This document shows, piece by piece, positions 57,250 through 64,000 of a DNA stretch of 64,000 nt. The stretch covers positions 67,580,001 through 67,644,000 of the forward strand of contig OZ024743.1 in the NCBI GenBank assembly GCA_964016885.1, in the 5' to 3' direction. The first letter of the stretch is position 1; each line of letters opens with the position of its first letter. Position numbers and translations under genes: made by a program. The notes under the pieces are model-generated. The model was not told where the DNA came from. It searched no databases and saw nothing but the letters and a program-made list of their open reading frames with translations. Source of the stretch: Eledone cirrhosa (taxonomy: Eukaryota).

Positions 57250-58300
57250 AAGAATTTATTTTCGCCTGTGTGAGCATGATGAAAATAATTTTGTCTGCGT
57301 ATTCAATGTTTAGATTTGGTGTTCAAACATTGATAGCCTTTTTACTTGGGCTAGGCTAGAGAATGCATTTGGTTGTATATACGTTGCTACATTTTCTAAA
57401 CATCGAAGGTTAATATTTTAAGGTATAATACATTTCATAAACTAATATGAATAGGCAGTCGTCTGTTTAGTTTTCTTTATAATGTTATGAATGCACAATA
57501 ATGCTTACGTTGCCTTTTTTTAAACTGAGTGGCAGTCCTTAGTATCTAGACCATGCTGTTCTACTTAATGTCAAAATGTGATGGTTGCTGCATGTATTAT
57601 TGATTGTTTTAAGGAATTGCTGTTGGCTTAGCATAATTTTATGAGAATAGCAACTGCATTACTGTAGGGCTTCTGTTGTCTTCTAGGTTCTTGCGATTTG
57701 GATTATTCAATATTTTCTTAATATTTATACCTAACAAATACCTCTTATGCATTAACTAGAAAATAAACTAATCTAAACGAAACCTGTGCTATACACGAAC
57801 TCAAGCAAACGCACATCATAATCCTGCAATTGCGCTAACCACCAAACCATACCACACCAGCCGTATATTAAATCTAAACACGTCCTTCGAAATCGTAACT
57901 CATCCCTCTCAGTCGAACAACAACTACCCTGTTCCAGGTATTGGACGGACATCGACAGATTGCACTCATTGTATAACGTAGTTTCTATATTACTCTGCAG
58001 TGATTAGAATTCCATTATATAATTAGTATTACACTGACAACAGAAACTACCATACTTTATCAGTTCAACCACCAGAGATTACTATGTAGGTTTAGATTAA
58101 CATTTTACAACTTATTTTGAATGAGATTATGTTAAAGATCTATTAGTACTATGTTCGTTGAAGAAGAGTGTTTTTTCTAAGTTAATGTTATGTTTTGGCC
58201 GAACGTGCTAATTAATTTGATTGAAAGTGGCGGATTGAAGCTTATGATCATGTACACTTTCCTCTTTTATACTTGTGTGTAGCTGTTATTGTTAACAGTT
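57250..58300 (-). pseudogene. Tentative decayed LRR / Toll-like receptor-like gene
   Basis: LIDL*HNLIQ (58117-58147), LNLHSNLW (58069-58095), hydrophobic LVWYGLVVSAIAGL, TYIQPNAFSSLAQVKRLSMFEHQI*TL (57300-57384). Confidence 0.35.
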
Positions 58301-60769
58301 TTAGAGAAGCTGTCAATGCTGCGTTACATATAATTCTATTGAAAGATGGTCGGTTTTGAGAGATTTCCGACATCATCTTCCTGGCATTGGGGATTGCTAT
58401 CTCTAGGAACGCAGAATATGTGATTTTAAGTATTTTCTGTATAAGATTGAACAGTTTGGCTTCATGTCGTTACCGATAAATGCTGCATCTAACAAATTGA
58501 CAATTTCGATATAACTAATTATTGGAATATTTAGAGTTAGGTCATTGAACACTTTAATATGTCTTCCCTCTATCAATCTACTTGTTAGCCAGATGAAACT
58601 GAAGAGATCGCTTGAAAGTATATACTTTCCTTATGCATATTAACGGCTGAGCAGCCTAATTTGCATATTGAGTTAGTCGGCCGGGCGTACCGAAAACGAT
58701 AAATGGAGTTCAATCGACTGACAGGAAGGTATACGGTGCTGATGACAGCTAATAAGCTAGAAACTAGTTCATCGTTCCTTTGTCAGTGTTGAACAAAAGG
58801 GCAACGATGGTTGCCGAACACTGTACGGCTTAATTCGGGCTGTTTGTTTACAAACAAACCGAACATTATAATAAATGTTCGGTAAACCCATCGGTACATA
58901 TATATATGTGTGCATGCATGTATGTATATACATACTCCTGTACGTCTGTATACATATATGTATGTACGTATACATACTTATATTTAAGTATCAGCCGTAC
59001 TGAGAATGAGAAATGAAATTTCATTTTTTCCATTTATCCTTTTCGTTAATGTATGTATATATATACATACTACCGTACGCCTGTATACATATATGTATGT
59101 ACGTATACATACATACATACTTACATATATTTAATACAATTTACATAAATGCTAAATGCTATTTTTTGAACTCGTTATCTATTTATTTTTATATATTGGT
59201 GACGACATTCAATAGCCATTATATATGGTCTTTGTTGGTAGAATATTACAGATATTGTAGATAATTTCGAATGCGCCTTTACAAATATTTTGGTTGATTT
59301 CAGGATATTATTTCAGGCCTTCTAAATATTTTCTATCTACCAAATTTCATTCATAAACGTTGGGCGAATGCAAAGCTATGGTAAATAATATTTACCAAAG
59401 ATGCCATGCAGTGTGATTGAACCAGAAACTTATATACATTTCCCGATATGAAATAGAATAGGTTACGTAGATTTGGAAATGGCAGGAGCATTGATTGGAA
59501 ACGGAATAAGAAAGAAAATTACTGTGTAAACTGATTTAATAGATAATTATGAAATGTAAATGGATTTTAATATAGATGATTATATAGACAACAACTACGA
59601 TCTTATGTGGTGTATTTTAATATAGAAGGAGGCAGAAATTAAATAAATTGTTAGCAATATTTAATAAAAGAGCGATACTTTCGGGTCTTGAATAATAACG
59701 CCCCATAACCACCACACTCACACTATTTATTAAATTGTGCTGGTCTATCAACGACGAAATTTTATTTGAAGTGTTAGCATTCTTGTGATAATTAATTTTC
59801 TTTATACATTAAAAAAACAAAAAAAAAACATTGTACATCTCCCAAAAAGTTCATAACTAGAAATCCCATACTTTATAAAATAGATAAGGTGGGTTGGGGT
59901 CTCAATATGTAAACTAAACGAATAATTATGGTTTTTAAAATAATCAACGGAGACAACCAAGAAACAAATTACCGATTTTCCACCAGCACATTCTAATTCC
60001 CCCGCATATTCCAACCCTCCCCCCTATTATTTGGGATCCGGGAGTTTAAGAAATGTATATCGACTAAACAGGAAATAAATGCATGGAGATAATATTAAGT
60101 AGGTTGAGTAAATATATTTTGAAATAGTTATCACTGAATGAAATATCAAGTAATGTGTCAGTTATATGGAAGATATAAGGGAACAATAGGTCGAATATGT
60201 TTTTTTCTGTGACAAAATATTTATTTAAAACATCGTTTATATAATACAAAAAATCATTACTTAAAAATACAAGAAATTTACAATTCATCAACGTTTACAT
60301 ATTAAAACAAAAAACGGAAAAATGAGAAGAAAGAACTTAAGCTGCGAATGTAAGAGAACGGGCTGAGAGAGTGGTAGTCTCTACACGTCACTCTAGGTGG
60401 TATGTCACAGATGTAAGTATGAGAATAACATATCTAAGGGATAGATGTGGGAGGAAGAATGTAAAATAAAGAGATGAAATAAGATTAAAGAATGAAAGAA
60501 GCTAAGTGGTAACGTATGTTCAAAGATTTAATAGGGATTTATGTGAGGATGTTAAAGTAATTTTAAAGGATAAAGGAAAATGACTAAATTAATAAAACTG
60601 GATTAAATTATAAAAATGTACAGAATAAAAGAGAATACCATAAAATGATTACAAAAACAAATATTTTATAAAAGCAATATGCATACGAAAACTAGCAAGG
60701 AAGAAAGAAACTCAAAGCAAGTGTATGTATATGTGTTTCTGTTAACAAAGTCTTTCCTCACTTAAAAAA

Positions 60770-60930
60770 CCTCAACACAAGCATCGCTAGATATGTTACA
60801 TTTCTTGCGATGCATGGTATTGCTGGCCATAGGCAAGTCCCTAGCAGGACTAAAAGGCCACGTCTGTGATGCTCAAGCTCAAGTATCAAGAGATGGCATT
60901 ACTTGAAATTAAGTTGCAACCATCATCATG
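60770..60930 (+). mobile_element. Degraded RTE 3' end
   Basis: KSLAGLKGH finger remnant and GCAACCATCATCATG(TATG)n tail. Confidence 0.5.
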
Positions 60931-61029
60931 TAAGTATGTATGTATGTATGTATGTATGTATGTATGTATGTATGTATGTATGTATGTATGTATGTATGTA
61001 TGTATGTATCAATGTATGTATGTCTGTAT

Positions 61030-64000
61030 GTTCTTCTGGTTTTATAATTTCACAAATGTTTGCCAATAGAGAGAGTCGGTTTCTAACATAGACACAAGAC
61101 TCTCATTGGGATTTACACAGCATCAACTAGGTAGAGATGTATGCATGTCTGCATGCATGTGTAGATATGGATGTTATTGTATGTGTATGTGTGCATGTGT
61201 ATATGCTTAGTATCTGTACATGTGTATATGCAGTTATTAGATGCAACATTTTTGGAATGTTTTACATATTTTTACTGTTCCATTAATGGATTGTACTTGT
61301 AATTTCCTAACTAGTTGTGTTCTTTCTGTTCCTGTGAAGCCTAGCTTCTCAAGATTTGTATTGAGGCAGTTACTAACATACCCCAGTGTCTCAATAATCA
61401 CAGGCATACATCTGAATCAGGGTGGATTATCTGCAGATTTCTCATCAGTTCTGCATAAATATTCCCTTTTCGCTAATCTTTGATATTATATTTGTATCTG
61501 CTGGGCAGCTAACTTCCACTACATTGAATGCCTTCTTTTCCCTGTCCCATATCATAATATCTGGTCTGTTATGCCTGCATTTTATTGGGGTTTTTACTGG
61601 AACATTCCACCAGTACTCTTTCCTATTATATATATGTATGTCTTTCACATTGCTGTAGCTTTTAATGTGTTTATTATTGGGGCTATCTTTTTTACGGATT
61701 GCATTGTACAGTGTTTTGGCCACTATATCATGCCTCATAGGTAGATAGTACCACGATGGCATCTTTGGACAGTTGCTTATGACATGGATGACATCTTCGA
61801 TGTTAATTCTGAAGAGTCTGCACATGTTATCACATCTAGGTGTTTTGCCTGCATCCGTATCTCTTTTGTGAATCAGGTATTTCCTGTTGATTTCCTTTTC
61901 TTGGATTGCAAAAGCGTATCTTTCAAAGTGGGAGACAATATAGCGGTTGTTGGTCCAAGATAGACTACTTTCCTTATCTATATTACTCTAATTCTGGAGC
62001 TTCCTAGCAACATATCCATGCATTACTTTTTGCTGATAAGCATGCAGTTTTTCATCCATGGATTCACTGTGATACTGCTGAGAGACTTCCCTAGGTGTCA
62101 GTTTTTGATTATCAAACAGGGAATATCTCTTGAGGAGTTCCTTCCCAACTCTCATGATCTTATCTGTTTCATGCAGATAGACTTGCTCGAGAGACGGGCT
62201 GCTACGCTTTGAGGTTCGTAGATGTTGTCGGAGGGATATGATGCGACATTCAAATGCTGTCTGGACTGATTTTAGGCCTCTGCCTCCCTGCTTACGTTTC
62301 AAGTAAAGGCGGTCTATGTCACTGTTGATGTGGAAGTTTCCGATGTTGTTTAGTATTTTTCGAGTTCTAACATCAATTGCTCGGATTTCGTCTATCGTCC
62401 AATTGAGTATTCCAAACGTTGGTGTTAGGACAGGCACAGCAAACATATTGGGAGCCACTGTTTTGTTTTGCGCAGAGAGTTCCGATGACCATATCTTTCT
62501 TAATCGGGTGTAGTATTCCCTGGTTACGCGTTCCTTATTACAGATACCATTATAGGATATGTTCTCATCTATCTCCAGGTATCTGTAGCAGTCCTCACTA
62601 GATATCGGTGAAACAGTTAGGCGATTGATGACAATGTTGCTAGATTGGGTTGTCGTTTTTCCCGCGTTACAGTCATATATGAGCATTTATCTTGGCCAAG
62701 CTCCATTCCTATATCCTTTGAGAATGTTGTAATCAGGTCAAGATTTTTCTTCATCCCATCCATGTTCATCGCATCGAGTTTCAGATCATCCACAAAGAAA
62801 TTATGGGTTAGGTTCGTATTTCTGTCCTCCTGTGAGCCAATGATGTATCCTTCACATTTATTGAGCAGAAAGGATAAGGGTTTAATGACAGGATGAATAA
62901 TATAACAGAGAGAGTGTCTCCCTGAAATATACCTCTGTGATATTTTATTTTATCAGTGAAAATAGAGTCCTCCTTCTCCGTCTTTAACTTTAGGATAGTA
63001 GCCCAAGAAGAAGACAGCTTCTCTATGGCTCTGATAATAATGTCTGGGGCTTTAGCAAGTCGGAGGGCCTCTATCATCCATGAGTGGGGAACATAATCGA
63101 AAGCTTTCCTGCAGTCCAGCCAGACTGTAGCCATATTCCTCCTAAGTTGTCGCACCTCCGACATCGCAGTTTTGTTGATTAGGCACATCCCCAAACCCCT
63201 TTCTTTCCAGCTGCTTGTTCATCTGTGATGATGTTATTATTTTCATAGTGATCTTGGAGGTATAAGTTCAGGTAGGCTGTATATATCCTATACATCAGGT
63301 TCTGGCATGCAATGGATCGGTAGTTTTTTGCCAAGCGGGTATCTTTGTTCTTGGTAGAGGTTGGTAAGATACTTCCGATAGAATATCAGTTTTTTGTACC
63401 AGTAGCCGACAATAATGTCTCTTCCTGGTGTTTTGGTATCTTGGAGTTTTCCTGTCACAGTCTCAAGGGTACCATCACTTATTTCGTATCTTTTTGTTGT
63501 AGTGTAGGAGCAATAGTTATTTTGGATTTCTTTTAGCTACACTGCACCTGGGTTGAAATTCTTCTTTTCACCCCATATTTTTCTCAAAAAGGAATGTATG
63601 TCTTTCTGGGATGGGGCCTCAGTGACACTTATTATTTTGCCCTTCATAACTCTATAGACTGATGTTTAGTTTCGTCTGAATCATTTATTAAGGACTTTGC
63701 TTTCATCTACCTTCTTCAGGTATCGGCGTTTTTTGCTAACATCTCTCAATTCTTATTTGAGGGTGTTCAGCTTATATTGAAGAGTTCTGGTTCTACTGTT
63801 ACCAAACATCGTGTCTACTTTATTTTTCACTCTTTGTTGCTGAGAGTGAAGTTTTTTTTGTGTTTGTTTGCATGTAAGGAACATTGTCACATATCCTATG
63901 GCTTTTCGTAGCTCAGCAAACTTTTTTTCTATTTTAGTTATATATGATAGTATTTTTGGTGGTGTTTTGTTTTTGTTAATATCTCTGTTACCACCAAGAT
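61030..64000 (-). mobile_element. R4/Dong-clade non-LTR retrotransposon (RT + CCHC + REL endonuclease), decayed, runs off the window
   Basis: YRSIAC; WLDCRKAFDYVPHSW; GIFQGDTLS; FVDDLKL; DRLYLKRKQGGRGL; CRL..EDVIHVISNC; RHD; RPDIMIWD..VEVSCP; 3' end abuts (CATA)n. Confidence 0.9.

Noticed and set aside
58655-58672. Octamer ATTTGCAT as a regulatory site
   Set aside because: A single 8-mer is expected by chance in AT-rich DNA; no linked promoter evidence

Overview
AT-rich eukaryotic DNA dominated by microsatellites ((TA)n, (GT)n, (TATG)n, (ACC)n) and retroelements. The tRNA-derived SINEs and repeat landscape resemble an octopod cephalopod; this is inference, not a database result. No intact host gene is supported, and most long ORFs in the track are microsatellite translation artefacts. 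The window holds at least five Penelope-like retroelements (PLEs; RT and/or GIY-YIG, including Naiad-like and Nematis-like types), many solo or fold-back PLE terminal repeats with type I hammerhead ribozyme (HHR) motifs, and a ~314-nt HHR-delimited retrozyme-like monomer. It also holds a Chapaev3-type DNA transposon nested in a Naiad-like ORF, R4/Dong-like, RTE and CR1-like LINE remnants, Helitron-like ends, a ~5.6-kb palindrome centred in a minisatellite and two tentative decayed LRR genes. The most interesting signals are inversion junctions that map to HHR cleavage sites or stem II, and a Naiad-like copy with an in-frame UGA plus a SECIS-like hairpin. All alignments, folds and clade calls were made by eye.
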